DNA of 63,733 nt, counting the filler, from Cercozoa sp. M6MM (Eukaryota; Protista; Endomyxa: Ascetosporea): assembly GCA_040357565.1 (NCBI GenBank). It is 9 parts of 9 records of this genome, joined end to end, with 100 filler letters (N's around TTAATTAATTAA, not from the genome) between each part and the next. Parts side by side here need not be neighbours in the genome. Positions count along the whole stretch, not along the records: positions 44,441 to 58,532 come from JBDODJ010000338.1; positions 58,633 to 63,733 come from JBDODJ010000978.1; 7 more parts are not named here. One strand, written 5' to 3'. The translations under genes were made by a program, and so were the position numbers. This document shows, piece after piece, positions 46,408 through 61,797 of the stretch. The notes beneath the pieces were generated by a model. The model saw only the letters and a list, made by a program, of their open reading frames with translations. It was not told where the DNA came from and searched no databases. Within the stretch, counting starts at the first letter, position 1. Every line of letters starts with the position of its first letter.

Positions 46408-48109
46408 ATGGTGCGTGCACGAATAGGACAATCATTGTGTCTGTCAATTTTTCTTTTCAATTGCGTTTCTTGTGGGGTAGCCTCGCTACGGAAGAAGGCG
46501 CAAGAAGCGACGCACTCACGTTGTCGAGGCCGCCGATGAAGGTAACTCGTCGCAGAAGGTGCCGCGTAGCTTCATCTTCAAGCGCGGCAAGGTGAGCGAG
46601 TCGGCGCAACAGTTGGTGCAAAACCTGCGTCGTGTGCTGCTTCCGTACACGGCGCTGAACCTGCGTGAGACGTCGCGCAACACTCTCAAGGTGATTTTTC
46701 GCTTATTTTCGGTGTTTTTTGCCGTTTTCGCCGCCTTTCCGCTTTGTTTCATGCGTTGCTTTCTGTTGATTTGCGCTTTGGGCGAGGTGGGTTGCTTTGG
46801 GCGAGGTGGAGTTGCTTTAAGCGAGGTGAAGTTGTTTTGAGTCGAGTGAGTAGCTTGGCGTGTTGCGCAGGACTTTGTGTCGGTGGCAGGACCGCTGGGC
46901 GTGACGCACTTCATGATGCTGCAGCAGAGCGAGCTGGGCACGACGCTGCGCATGGCGCGTGTGCCGCACGGCCCGACGCTGACGTTCAAGATCGCGGAGT
47001 TCTCGCTGATGCGCGACATTGCGCGCATGCAGCGCCGGCCGGCGTCGCTGACGAGCGAGTTCCGCGACCCGCCGCTCGTGGTGCTCAACGGCTTCAGCGG
47101 CGCGCCGCACAAGCAGATCACGGCCGCGCTGCTGCAGGGCCTGGTGCCGCCGCTCGACCTGGAGAAACTCCAGCTCTCGCAGTGCCGCCGCGTGTTGCTC
47201 TTCAACTACGTCGGCAAGGCCGAGAACGAGGCCGAGGACAAGGCCGAGGACAATGCAGAGGACTCGTCGCAAGGCAATGCTGACGACTGGCGCAACATGT
47301 GCGACCGCATCGAGATGCGGCACTACCTGGTGACAGCCTCGCCGGTCGGTATCAACAAGAACGTCAAGAAGATCGTCAAGGCCAAGCTGCCCAACCTGTC
47401 CAAATACAAGGACATTGCCGACTATGTCGAACGCGAGGCCGGCGCCATGACCAGTGACTCAGAGGTAGCCACTTTACACAGGGGGTAGGGGTACACAGAG
47501 GGTAAGGGGGGTGAAGATAATTATTGATGTGTGAGTGCAGGTGGAAGACGACGAAGAGAACCGCTTGGAGTTGCCGGACAAGTTCGGTGCTGCCAAGGGC
47601 AACCGTGTCAAGCAGACCTCGGCTGTGCGACTCAAGGAAGTCGGTCCGCGCGTCTCACTGCGTCTGCTCAAGATCGGTATGTCCTGGAGTATCTGACCTT
47701 GAGTCTGCTCACAACGGCCCCCCCCCCCCCCCGTATAGAGGAAGGCCTCGGCGACGGTCGTGTGCTGTACCACTCGCTGGTGAAGAAGTCGACGGCCGAG
47801 GCGGCGGCACTGGAGCGACGCAAGCTGCAGGAACGCGAGCTGCGTGCCGAGCGACGCGCCAAGCACGAGGCCGCTCGCGACGCCAAGCTCGAGAAGAAGC
47901 GGCAGAAGAAACTGCGCCGCAAGCAGCGACAGCAAGAGCGACAGCAGCAGCTTGCCGCCGAGAACGAGGCCGCGCTCGACGAAGAGCTGCGACAACGCGC
48001 GCTGCTAAAGCAGCCCACTGGCACGCCCGATGCCGACGCTGACTTCTCCGCCTCGGACTACTCGGACGACGACGACTTCTCCTCCGACGACTCCGACAAT
48101 GAGATTTAG
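46408..48109 (+). CDS. PPAN: Peter Pan/Ssf1 Brix-domain ribosome biogenesis factor
   Basis: M|PRYGRRRKKRRTHV, PRSFIFKRG, PYTALNLRE, DFVSVAGPLGVTH, GPTLTF, PLVVLNGF, IEMRHY, LKEVGPRVSL, IEEGLGDGRVLYH. Confidence 0.93.
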
Positions 48110-48411
48110 GTCGCCATCGCTTTCTATGATCGGTTTTAGGTACGGTACATGTCACATGCACGGCAACGTGCCAAACAGACGTCGGCACTCGGGACAAGGT
48201 ACTAGATTTCGTCTACGCTAGTCCGGCGGGTCTACTAACAGCCGAGTGTGCTGGCGTACCGCACCGATCATGGATCGGGCCATATCGTACTGTAAATTTA
48301 TACAAGTACAGAAAGTGCGGTGAGTCAGTTGGCCGGTCAGAAAAGCCTAGCTTCTCAAACAAAAACCGAATGCGAAAACTGAAACCCCCCGGGCTTTCTC
48401 TGATGTTTGTT

Positions 48412-50347
<1,936 letters not shown>

Positions 50348-50624
50348 ACGATTCGAACTCGTGCTGTACCGAAAATTATCTTTTGTGAGGAGTGTGTTAG
50401 CTAAGCTTGAGCGTGAGCCAGGCGTTTCAACTCGCAGATTTTAGCACCCTAGACAAACTACTAACTGAAACTTGAAGCCAGCGAATGTAACAATGGTATC
50501 TGAATAAAACGAAGACATTCAGTTGCAGCTGTCGTGACAGTGCTAGTTTGTCGTCGCCTACTCATAGTTTCCTACTGTACCAGTAAGTGTGTGTGTGCCG
50601 TCAGAGTTTTTTGGCGAGTCACTG

Positions 50625-51448
50625 TCAGTTTTGCAGACGTGAGCGTCGCGAACGACGACGGAAACCATCGCCACGGCTGCGAATGTCGTCCTGCGGGAAC
50701 TGTCCCTTCTTGTTGGCACTTGGGCTCGTTGATGTGCTCCGCGCGGTGTCGCGTTGGGTGTTTCCAGGCGAACGCTGGTTGCGCGGACTCTTCCACGGCA
50801 GAGGTTCGCAATCGGTCAGGCGCGACTTTGATGTCGCACTGCTACTGCTCCACCTGCGGGTAAATTTCTTTACAACTCACTGTTTAGACTAAAACCTCAA
50901 ACGCGACACAGTAAATTACCAAGAGCCACGATGTTCTTGCTTCGACAGACCCATCACTGCGAACTCGCGAGACAGGTCTGCCAACTTCTCAGGAGTGTTG
51001 AGTGCCGACTGAGAGGCAACAGAGATTGTCTTTTTGGGCGTCATAGTGGCGCTCGCGCTCGTGCCTTGATCAGAAATACTGCCACCGCTCTGCATCCCGT
51101 GCGCGTCCAGGTTCTGCAGATCCTCAGATGCAATGGTATCGGTGTCGCACGCCGACATCTTCGATCGAGCATCGGCTTCATCGTCCGACGCCTCGCTTGG
51201 GAGCTTGTGCAGAAACCGACTGCAGCAAAGTGAATGAGTTCAGAACTGAGTCATGAGTAGCGACAGAAGTTACCATTGGTCGCCATAGCGACACATTCCC
51301 GTTGTTTCACTAAATACCCCAAATGTAATTCACACAAGTCAATCCAATCCTATGGGAGAAATGAGGCGTAAATTTACTAGCTGAAGCAGAGACGGCGCCG
51401 AGGACTGTGCTTCTTCTCTATCGTCTTGCCCTGTGCCTTACGGTCCAT
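50625..51448 (-). CDS. Single CCCH zinc-finger protein (TIS11-type finger split over three exons)
   Basis: Splicing gives RLCFSY|ETTGMCRYGDQ|CRFLH, a C-x8-C-x5-C-x3-H finger that the ORF track misses. Confidence 0.75.
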
Positions 51449-52125
51449 CGCATTTGTTTGAGTGCGAGAAAGCTTCAACATGATCGTCTTTCAAGTTTAA
51501 TCTTTCGCTTGCACTCTAAAACGAAACACATTTCGTTCAGGCAAGACAGGCAAACTGAAGCGTGCTATGCCAACCGGTCTTTCCGGTTTGCAAGTTGCAA
51601 ATTGCAACAACACAAGGCTAAAACCGAACAAGGTGAAACGCACTAACTCAGTCGGTGCGGTCCAGGTGTACTATCGATGGAACTGCGTCAATACTTCAGA
51701 CAGACTATGAATCGCCAAAAACTCGTGCGGTTGCTGGTTTAGGGTTAGCAAACAGACACGACAGTCTTCCGCGCGGACGCAGTTGTTCAAACTCAAATTG
51801 ACAAACTGATGCTTCGTTTGACTGACTGGGGGAAGGACAAACTGGTTTGGAAACCCCGACAAACTGAAATATCGATTAACGACTATTGACAAAAAGTGAC
51901 GATCTTGGGTAATCCCAACCCTCGAACTAAGAATTTAGAGTACTGTAATACATTCGAGTCCTCGACTGTCAGGTGTCAACCTTAAATTTAATTGTTTGGT
52001 TTGTCTCAAAAGTGATACATCGGAATCGTTTCGCAGCTGTTTTGAGAAACGCTCTTCGCAGGCGTCAGCCAGCTAGGTTAATTTGACTGGGGTACATCAT
52101 TGTTCCAATCTTAGAGCGTCGAGAC

Positions 52126-53152
52126 ATGAAGTCAGCGAGGAGTATCGTACTAGATGAGCGGTCAGTTGGTGGCAGAGCCACGATCTTGGAAGGTAGAACG
52201 CACTCTTGACTTCAACTGAGTGCGTGTTTGACATTTGCAGTTTTCTGTTTTGTGCTAAAATTAGGTCGCATTCACCATGCGAAGCAAATGCACCAAATCG
52301 ACTCTCAACCGAGTTCGATGCGACAGCCTCTAACACCCGACGCTCCGACTTCAATCCTTGAGTATAGACTCAAGCGCGCCCGTATGCTGTCGAAAGAAGC
52401 TGAGACAGTGAAACACACTCGCGAGATTCAATTGCTGGTATCCAAAGCACCGTGTTTGTACGGATATGAAGCTGCTGGAACTGATTTCGTGAACATAAAT
52501 TGTTAAATTTAGTATAAGAAATTTTCTAAAGAATGACAGGATTAAGGCATACAACTCTCCATACCGATACGAGGAACACGAGAAGTCGAATGCGAGGATG
52601 CAAGAGTTCGCCCGCCTTCGGAAACCGGTTCATCGGTTGGCGCCGATCTCGAGTGAACTTATTCATCGTTGCGCACAATGGAACATCGACGTGCCAGAGC
52701 ACCACAGGCCAGCCGCAGCAGGGACAATCAAACGAAGCTCCTTTCAAACTGTTCGAAAGAGCTACCTTAAACGTCTCAAACGAAACGAGAGCAGGCGACC
52801 AAGAAGCGCCCAATCGAGCTTGCGTCGTCCAAGCAGCGAGAGAAAAATGACGTCGGACAAGAACACAGTAGTGTACTGGAAGGAACGTCTTTTGCAAGAA
52901 CTCGTCGAAGGCCAGGTAGTGTCGCGCGCCGAGATCGCAAAATACAGCGCAAAGTTCAAGCGTCGGCACAGAAAGCATCTCACTCGCGCTCTGCGCAAGG
53001 TCACCGTGGAAGAGCAAGAGATGGCGTCACAGTGCTTGCATCAGGAGGCACGCAAACTGCTTCAATTTGCAAAGGAACTCACCTCTCGCATCGTCACGCT
53101 CGAGAAGGCCGTCGCCGAGGTCCAGCTTGACTTACAAGTCGACGCTCGCTAG
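52126..53152 (+). CDS. Hypothetical basic protein with a C-terminal coiled coil
   Basis: Three GT-AG-joined exons; the long last exon ends LTSRIVTLEKAVAEVQLDLQVDAR*; no family recognised. Confidence 0.5.
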
Positions 53153-53679
53153 AAGGGCATACGCCAGCCTTCATTTTGACGGAGATATCCAATCATGTGG
53201 AACGACAGATATCGCCTATCCCTAATGCGCACCAATAAGATTTCTCCGATACGATAGTCACATTCGAGCAGGTGCACGTGATCAGTGTACTGGCGACGTG
53301 TAGGGTATTTAGTTAACCGCGTTAATTTACTAATCTTAGATAACGAAACTCCGAAATTCCGGACGCGTTTAATTCGTTCGGCATTCCGTCCGGCACACGG
53401 CAGTACGCCAGCCGGTACGGTACGCAGTACGGTAGTATGTAAGGTACGGTACACGGTGATGCCCGCATGCGCACGTGACCCGATATACTATACATAGCTA
53501 GATCCGGTATGGTGGTGTCATATGACACCTGGCTCTCACACAACAGCTCAGTTGTGAACAAGAGGAGGCGTCGACACCGGGGTGATAATTCCGTCTTCGT
53601 CACATAAACGCAGGACGAAAAACAACGAAACTTCACCAGCGAGAAAGAGAAGAACCTCAGTCAGCAAAGTACTGACTGA

Positions 53680-55736
53680 GATACGAATCGCGTTCTGACG
53701 ATCGCGGCACAGCTTGCTTTTGTTTTTGCTTCTTGTGCTGATGCTTCTGTTTCTACACGTACATCAAAATAACAAAATAAGAGAGGAGAAACTCCAGACA
53801 AACTGACCGGAGCACGCGGCTGTCGTCGTTGCTTTTTCGGTTGTTGCAACTTGTGCAGTTTCTTCTGCCAAAAGTACCGTGTTCATACGTTGCATAGAAA
53901 CCAGTTCAATCAAGTGGATAGTTGTACCACAGCAGGCTTATGCTTGTGGGTTTGCTTTTGAGCCGGCGTGGTTTCGGTAGGCGGTTGTGGCGACGTTGCG
54001 TGCTGCGTGTTCGAGGCCCCATGCGCATACCGCATCGTTGGCACATCGTGGTATTGGTCTAAACAGCAACAGTCTGTAGATACAATGGCACATTTGTGTG
54101 CAGTGCCAATAGTACAAGCACGCGAAGGCAAGCCGACATGCGCCGGCGGCGGATGAGGCACCGGAAACGGCTGCTGATTCGTGGCCGGGTAGCGATGCAC
54201 ATGCAGTGGCGCACTTGTCTGCACAGGTCCCCCATCACCAAGTCAACACGACGGGATACACACAGAGTGAGAGCAGTACATAGTGCTGCGGGCGGAGCGG
54301 AACAGGCGGCCGGAAGTGCACGGCTGGGCGCGGCACAACAGACGGCAGGCCGGGCACCGGGTAGTACGGCGATTCCGGTCCAGGCATAGGCGGCGGCATC
54401 ATCGGCATGCCCGAGCGAGACGACGGTCGGGGCATCATTGGCCCAGGAGGTGGCATCATCGGATGTGGCGGCATTGGAGGCATCACGTGCTGTTGCAGGT
54501 GCTGCTGGTACTGCTGCTGGGGCGGCAAGTGTTGCTGCAGGTGTTGCTGTGTGCCATGGTGCACAACACGCACCGGCGCAATCTCCGGTGACGCCGATTC
54601 GCGACTGTTGCGTCGCTTCTTGCGTTCCTGACGCGCCCACTTTCGCAAACGACGCGTGAAGCGATGCACCGTCCAGAACAAGTGTCGCGACTGCCCGTCG
54701 CTTTTCGTTGTCGGCAGCTCGCTTAGCGCGTACCACGCCACACCGGCCACTTCGCACTGCGTGTGCGCCTACATCGACACGAAACAACCCACGGTACAGG
54801 ATACCAAAAAGGAGGTAGGTATAGAGGTAGGCAGGGGGGAGGGGACTACCTGAAAGCGAGCAAGCGCAGCCGGCGAGTTGTCAGCTTCCAACGCATTGCT
54901 GCCTGAAGGAGCCACCACGAAAACCGAGATCGCTTTGTTCATGAAATCCGCTCGAATTGGCTGCTGCGACTCTGCAACACAAAACACAGTGTCCAAAGTA
55001 AGGTGTTGCACTGACGCAACACAGAGAAACACTAACCGTCAACAAAAGGCGACGCATCGAAACCGGTTTCTTCGAGCGTTTCGCGAATCGCACACTCGCG
55101 CTCGCTTTCGTTCTTGTTGCGCTTGCCCTGTTACAAAACCGGGCAAAGTTAATTAACAAAAAGCCAAAGTCAAAGCAAGTCAATATTGGATTCAAGTTGA
55201 ATCAAGCACAAAGCACCTTGGGAAAACTCCAGGTGCGTCGTCGCTTGGACGGCTCGTGCATCACGAGCAGTACGTGTCGCAGGGAGCGATCGAGAATGGC
55301 GACGCCGCACACGGGCACTCGCTGCTTGTAGTCCTGGTACTGCCGAAAGGCCTCGCGGTAGGCCTCGTGGAACTGCCGAAGCACGTGTGAGTGGCGAAAC
55401 CACTCCTGGCAAAACGACTTGAGCGTATGCGACGGCAGAATCACTTCGTTGGCGGCTTCTTTCGCGCTGCTCGCGGAACTGTTGTCGTCCTCGCGACTCG
55501 AGTCGCTCGGCAAGTTGTTCTCCAGTCGCAAAGCATCCTCGTAGAGCCACCAGGCTTCCTCCAGCTGGAAGAACAGTCGTTGCCAGGTCGATAAATCCTC
55601 TTCCGGCAAGTTCACAATGAACCGGCTGTCCCAGATGCACAGTTGTCCAGCAAGTGTGTAATTCAAGCGGACTAAAGCACCTGTCGAGATCGTGAAAGAC
55701 CTCTTCAATGTTGTTGTAACGTGGCACCACCATCAT
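53680..55736 (-). CDS. DCP2: mRNA decapping enzyme Dcp2 (Box A plus Nudix plus Pro/Gln-rich tail); 3' end approximate
   Basis: SRFIVNLPEE..RLFFQLEEAWWLYED, YKQRVPVCGVAIL, WSFPK|GK..ESERECAIRETLEETGFD. Confidence 0.93.
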
Positions 55737-56353
55737 TCCGTTTTCCTTCTTGTGGTGCTTTTCAAACTCTCGTGTCTCTTTGTCTTACTCGGTCAAATAA
55801 CGAACCCAGCGCCGACACGCAAACTACTTCGCGTGACTACAGCAGTAGTGGGCACATGTCAACATGTCAACAAACGAATCACTCCGGACATTTTACAAAC
55901 TCCAAAAAACGAATCGCACAAAGCTAGGGCCTGCTCACCTCGCTGTCGTCTCAAAAACGTGCAAATTCTACCCTGTTGGACGCCTGTGACGCACATTAGG
56001 GCACAAAAACGAGAGGATGAGTGTCGTTCTGAGGGTTTTCCGTTCCTTGCAGCTTGGGTTCCGCTTGGGCAGTTCGGGCTCACGTTGGGCTCGCGCGAGT
56101 CGACACAAGCCAAATCGATAAAGGGCACCAGAAAGCGACGTGAGCAGCACTTAGAGCAAAAACTGCAGCCTACGGTAGTAGGTAACCTCTGACGGCGCAG
56201 ATCTTCGCGATTCTGGGCAGGCAGCGATCATTCCCTTCAGACCAGACAGCTTTTTTTGGCGTTTTGCGCACTTCGATTGAAGAGACGCCGCTTCTGAGGT
56301 TCTCGTCGACCGGCACGCAAACGCACTAGTTCGCTTTAGTGTGAGCGTGAGGC

Positions 56354-58532
56354 ATGTCGCGTTCACATCCCCTCTCGGACCTCCGGCGCTACCAAAGCGA
56401 AAGTAAGCACACCACTTTCACTCGATTCACTGTCGCTTTGTGTACTTTCACGATGCCTTTCGCTTTGTTGCTCATGTTTTCGTGTTCTCGTGTGCAGTGG
56501 ATGTTATTTCGCAAGGGAAGCGCGAAAGCAAGGTGCGATTCGCGGCGCAATCGGACGAAATCGAGCAGGAGTTGAGCGATCGAAGCGGAGACGAGTTTGA
56601 GAACGAAGACGACAGTGAGTACGACGTGCCGATGCGCCGCAGCACGAGTGTTTTCGGTGCGGCAGAGTTGCGCTGCGACAGACTGAGAACTCCGACTGCC
56701 AAGACTCGTCGCCACTCGGCCGAGTTCAGTTCCGAAGGTGGTGCCGATACACACAGCAGCGCCTCGAGCAACTCGCAGTCGCAGTCGCAGTCTCGGTCGC
56801 AGTCGCAGTCACAGTCGCCTTCCGCGCGCTTTCGCACACCCGAGAGCAAACCGGCTTCCAGAGAAACGCTTTTGTCAACAGCCATCAAAAACACGCACGG
56901 CAAGAGCAACAGCGCACCGCGACCGCCGCTCAAGCGAGCGCAGTCGCAGTTCGCGATCACGTCGCCGCAGACTCGCGCGAATCTCTCCTTCAATCGCGAT
57001 TCCGTAGCTTGTGCTTCAGCTGTCTCTTTGTTGCGTTTGCTTTGCTTGAGAGCTTTTTGCTTCGAAGCCATTTTGAAGTTTTGTTTTTGCTTTTTCGCGG
57101 CTCTTCTTTAATTCGAGTTTTCAGCTTTCGCCTTTGCTTTGCTACTTTCACTTCAGTTTTCGCCTTTGCTTTCACTTCAGTTTTTGCCTTTGCTTTCGCC
57201 GCTGCTTTCACTTCAGTTTTCTCAGCTTGCACGTCAGTTTTGTCTTTTCAGTTGCACGTTTTGTAGCAACCGCGCGCGCCGGCGACATCGACGTACCACA
57301 CGCGACTGATGTCGGTGATCCGGTCGTCCGAGCGGACGCTCGAATCGCTGTTCGCCAAGGCGGGCGTGCCGACCAACGAAGCGCACGTGCCGGACACTCG
57401 AAAGGAGCACTTGTCGCTCAGTGGCACTGACGTGTCGGCCTTGCGCGATGGTAGCTTTCTTACCCCCCCCCCCCCACCATTAACCCCTTTACCCCCCACC
57501 ATTAACCCCCTTTACCCCCACCATTGGTCCCTTTACCTCCCTACCTCCTCCCCGGGTAGTGCTGCGGCAACTGTCGCTGATGAAAGTGCTGGCGGGACGC
57601 GACCTGCCGCAGCGTTCGATTCGGCCGTTGCAGAAGCAGCTGCTGCGGCGGTCGCGTCGCAGCAACAAGGAACTCGAGGTGGCGCAGTACCTGTCGCGCG
57701 AGTTTCTCGAAGACGTCGGTCATCGCGACTCGCGTACACGCAGTCGATTCCAGACGCTGTACCGGTCCAACGCCAAGACGGCCAGTCAGTCCACGAAAGA
57801 GTCGAGCAACGCCAGCAGTCGCTCCGGCAGTCCCGTGGCTCTCGAGAGCGCCGCCATCTCGCCTGTCACCATGACACGCAGCGAACGTGTCAACGCGCTG
57901 AACCGCGCGCCGCCCACTCCCATGCGTCCGCGTGTACTCCAGGTACCTCTTGTCTCAAGATAAGGGAAGACTTTGTACGAACTCTACGCAGCTAATGGAC
58001 GCTGTCGTGAGCGACGACTGGTCGCGTTTCGACATTTTCGCACTGGCCAGCGAAGTGCGCAGCGACTCGATTCTGCTGTCGCTCGTGTTCACGCGACTCA
58101 TGCAACACCACGGACTGGTGCAACGTTTCGGACTGTCTCCACGTGCGCTGTCGGCTTTTGCTACTGTATCTCCACACCATACTCCCCGCCCTACTTCCCA
58201 TCCTACCACTATACCCCCCCCCCCCGTCCCTCAGACGGTTGCACGAAACTACAACGCCAAGAACCCGTACCACAATGCGTTGCATGCGGCCGATGTGCTG
58301 GTGACGACGTCGTTCTTTTTGAGAGGCGAAGCTGCCCATCAGACACTGCGCGACATCGACTGTCTGGCCGCACTGACGGCTGCGCTGGTGCATGACGTCG
58401 GTCACCCTGGCACTAGCAATTCCTTCCAGGTGGCCACATCGTCGGTGCGTCCCCCTCCTGTTCCCCTCATTTGACTTACCCCCCCCCCCCAGGACCTAGC
58501 ACTGCTGTACAACGACCGATCGGTGCTGGAGC
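56354..58532 (+). CDS. Class I cyclic-nucleotide phosphodiesterase, 5' fragment
   Basis: FDIF, NPYHNALHAADVL, AALVHDVGHPGTSNSFQ, LALLYNDRSVLE. Confidence 0.92.
57148..57220. repeat. About three copies of a ~24-bp tandem unit TTCACTTCAGTTTTYGCCTTTGCT in a PDE intron
   Basis: Seen directly. Confidence 0.8.
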
Positions 58533-58632
58533 NNNNNNNNNNNNNNNNNNNNNNNNNNNNNNNNNNNNNNNNNNNNTTAATTAATTAANNNNNNNNNNNN
58601 NNNNNNNNNNNNNNNNNNNNNNNNNNNNNNNN

Positions 58633-58674
<42 letters not shown>

Positions 58675-58675
58675 C

Positions 58676-60417
58676 AGTTTGATTACTCCCTCCCTTTTGT
58701 GGGCCCAGAACGCCGCTGTCTGACCTAGTGAACCGCTACCGTCAGACGGTGCAATCCTCGCGGGACGACCAAGGTCAGCAGTGGTCGAGCGACGTGTTCG
58801 AATACGAGAAGTGGCCCCATTTCCGGCGTGGTCTGCCGTCGTTCGTGCAGAAGCACTGCCTCGAGTTGCTTCGGCAGATTGACGACGTTTCGCGAACGCA
58901 TACTTGGCTGCGCAAAAGTACGAACGACTTATTATTTTGTGTTTGACACTGCTCTGATAATATCTCAGTTCCAGACTTGCTTTGAAATAATAGGTCTCGG
59001 CCGTGGCTATCCTGTCGGTGAGTTGGCAAACTAAAAAACGTCCGCGCTAAGTCCTCAATTTTCTCTGCCTTTGACTGAGTGCTGATTTACAGAAGTCTAC
59101 GCAAAACTTCGAGGCGCTGTGTTGGCTGAACTGCCGCGATTCTCACCTGACAATTTGGCCTTGGTATTGTCCTCCTGTGTTGTATGAATTGTGAGTGTGT
59201 GTGTCATATATATATATATGTATATATGTATATATGTGTATATATGTATATATATATATATATATTATATGTATATATGTATGTATATATGTATATCAAT
59301 AAAATGTATATATCGATAGATTGAGTGTGTGTCAGTGGTACAAGGTGTTTGGTCTGGAGATCTCCGAGGATGGCGTGGCGCGTCTCGCCGACGCGTCCGT
59401 CCAGCCTGCGCAGTTGGCGAGTGTCGCGCGTTTCGTTGGCGCCGCCGATCGAGGTCGTCCGAGCCCGTACGCCTGTCGTTTTTTAGTGCACGTGGTGCAG
59501 GTGCTGCTGCTGCACCTGCAGGAGAAAAGGAACGGTGCCGCCCTCCCGTCTGAGGAGAGAACGCGCGTGTTTGGCCTGCTGAACACCGTTTGGTCTGGTG
59601 TGAACAATGGCTTGTACGAACTCAAAACACAACTCTCGCTTTCTGACTCGGTAGCTTTCTCGTCTTTCTTTAGAAGCAATCTGTGCGTGTTGTCCTGTGT
59701 GGGTGTATATCTACAGATGGTATGTACAGGTGACCATGTGCGACTACGTTCCTCGTGTCCGTCGCTTTCGCGTCAACCCGCGGCAGTTGCTGCCGCTTGT
59801 GTTGGATCTGTCGTCGCCAACTGAGCGCTTTGGCTTTCTAGAGTTTCTCTTTGAGACGGCGCGGCATTCTTTGATGCTGGTACACCGATGCATCGTGCTC
59901 CACTCAAGATTTGGTGACTGGACTGTAGTCCAGCCAACACGGCAGCAGTCGGGATGCATTGGCCTTCTTAAGCGTGCTGTACTGGCTCGAGTCGTGTCCC
60001 TCACTGCGCTACTATACCCGTAGGTTCCTACACGTGTGTTTGTTTATTAGTACGAATGTCCTCGGGTTTTCTTGCAGCCTCAGTGGCACAGGACGAGGCG
60101 CTGTGGCTTTGCACCTGTGGAGATGTCTTGCAGCAGAGAAACCGCGCGCTGCTGGTGACGCTGCTGTCGTTCCGCTGCTGGAAGAATCACAGCGCTGGCC
60201 ACACGTTCGCGTCGCAAGCGTTCGAGGCATACCGGGAGGAACTCTTTGCTGCGGCTTCGGGCTTTCTCGCACTCGACGAATGTCTGGCCGCGGATGTGTG
60301 CGGCATCGTGCGAGACTACGTTCTGTGCGGAGGTGGCTCCAACGAGGGAACCGTCTGCACTGAGAACACCAACCGTGGCGACCTCGAGTTGCCTGGCAGT
60401 CTCGACAGTGGGGTCAG

Positions 60418-60480
<63 letters not shown>

Positions 60481-61098
60481 AGTTCTAAGTTTAGTGCATA
60501 TCTGTGTTCGCAGGACTCAAAGTCACTCAAACTGCGCAGCAGCGATGGCGAGTTGTTCGAAGTAAACGTGGACGTGGCACTGCAGTCCAAGCTCGTCCAG
60601 GCGACGCTTGAGTCGTGCCGTTACTTCTGTGCATCCATGGGGGTACTGTGTGCAACAGCTGTCCCCTCCTCCACAGGGACCGCGAGCACGACGATTTCGC
60701 GATGGAGGTTTCGTCTGAGGTGCTTCGGAAGGTCATTGAGTACATGGAGTACCATCACAACGTAAAACCCTCTTTCGTTGTTTTTTTCCAGACGATGTTT
60801 TGTGTATGTCTTTTGATAGAGACCGGCCAAGTCCATCGCGCAGCCGCTGCGCACGGACCTCGCTGACGTTGTCGAAACGTGTACCGCTTCGTGCTCTTGT
60901 TTCCTCGTTCTGTACGTCAAGCTGTACTCAGGGGACGCCGTCTTCGTCGACGCCGTGTCGCAAGATCGAAGGCTGTTGGAGCTCACACGCGCCGCCAACT
61001 ACATGAACATTGAGCCGCTGCTGCATCTCGCATGTGCCAAGCTCGCCTCAATAATCAAGTGCATGACATTCCGGGCCTGCGACGATGACTGTGCGTGA
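58676..61098 (+). CDS. Unknown multi-exon protein with a C-terminal Skp1 domain (5' end missing)
   Basis: LKLRSSDGELFEV..ALQSKLV, VSSEVLRKVIEYMEYH, LLELTRAANYMNIEPLLHLACAKLASIIK; in-frame phase-0 splice 60412|60514 from the upstream exon. Confidence 0.75.
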
Positions 61099-61307
61099 CT
61101 AGGCTCGGCTGGGATGTTTCAGTTATTGCGTTTGGACCACGGGCGGTAGCGGTTGAGCTGTTGGGTCGATGTCACGACAGTTGACACGGCAGTATCGATA
61201 CGTCAGTATCGTATGTATCTCAACCGAAACTGCGTAGCAGCGACGGCGGCGGGTTTGCATGTCTTTCCCAGGGAGGAGGGGGTACTACAAGTACTTCATA
61301 GGAATCT

Positions 61308-61388
61308 CCTCTTTCGTTTTCGTCTCCGAGACGACGGATGCTGTGTCTGTTGTTTGATAGAGACCGGCCAAACCGATCGGGCAGCCGC
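61308..61388 (+). pseudogene. Decayed duplicate of a Skp1 intron/exon junction (of 60769-60847)
   Basis: CCTCTTTCGTT...TGTGT..GT..TTTGATAGAGACCGGCCAA..C.ATCG.GCAGCCGC is shared. Confidence 0.7.
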
Positions 61389-61797
61389 AAGAACCGACGC
61401 TTCTCCAGGGAAAACTTCAAAGCCGAGGGCAGGTTTATCTGAAGAAATAACATAACGCAATCGGCCTGGCAAAACGCAAAAAGTGACTGTATCGTACCAC
61501 TCCCGGTCCCGAGCGAACGAGCGCCGCGCGGTGCGAAACGGCGAAACACTTTGATCAATTTTTGGCCGAGTGACCACACTATATCTACAGAGTTCTATCG
61601 AACACGCGTTGAAACGACGGGAACTCGATTTGCGACCTCTTACCTTTGACCTCTCAGTCTCTAACTGTTTTATTTTTCTTTTCTGGCCGCTAACCGACGC
61701 TCCCAAAAATGAGTGCGCGGCTGATTAAAACTGAAGCTCCACGCCCTTCTAAGGGCTCGCCTGTATCCACGTGCGTGTGTGTATATCATAGACAACG

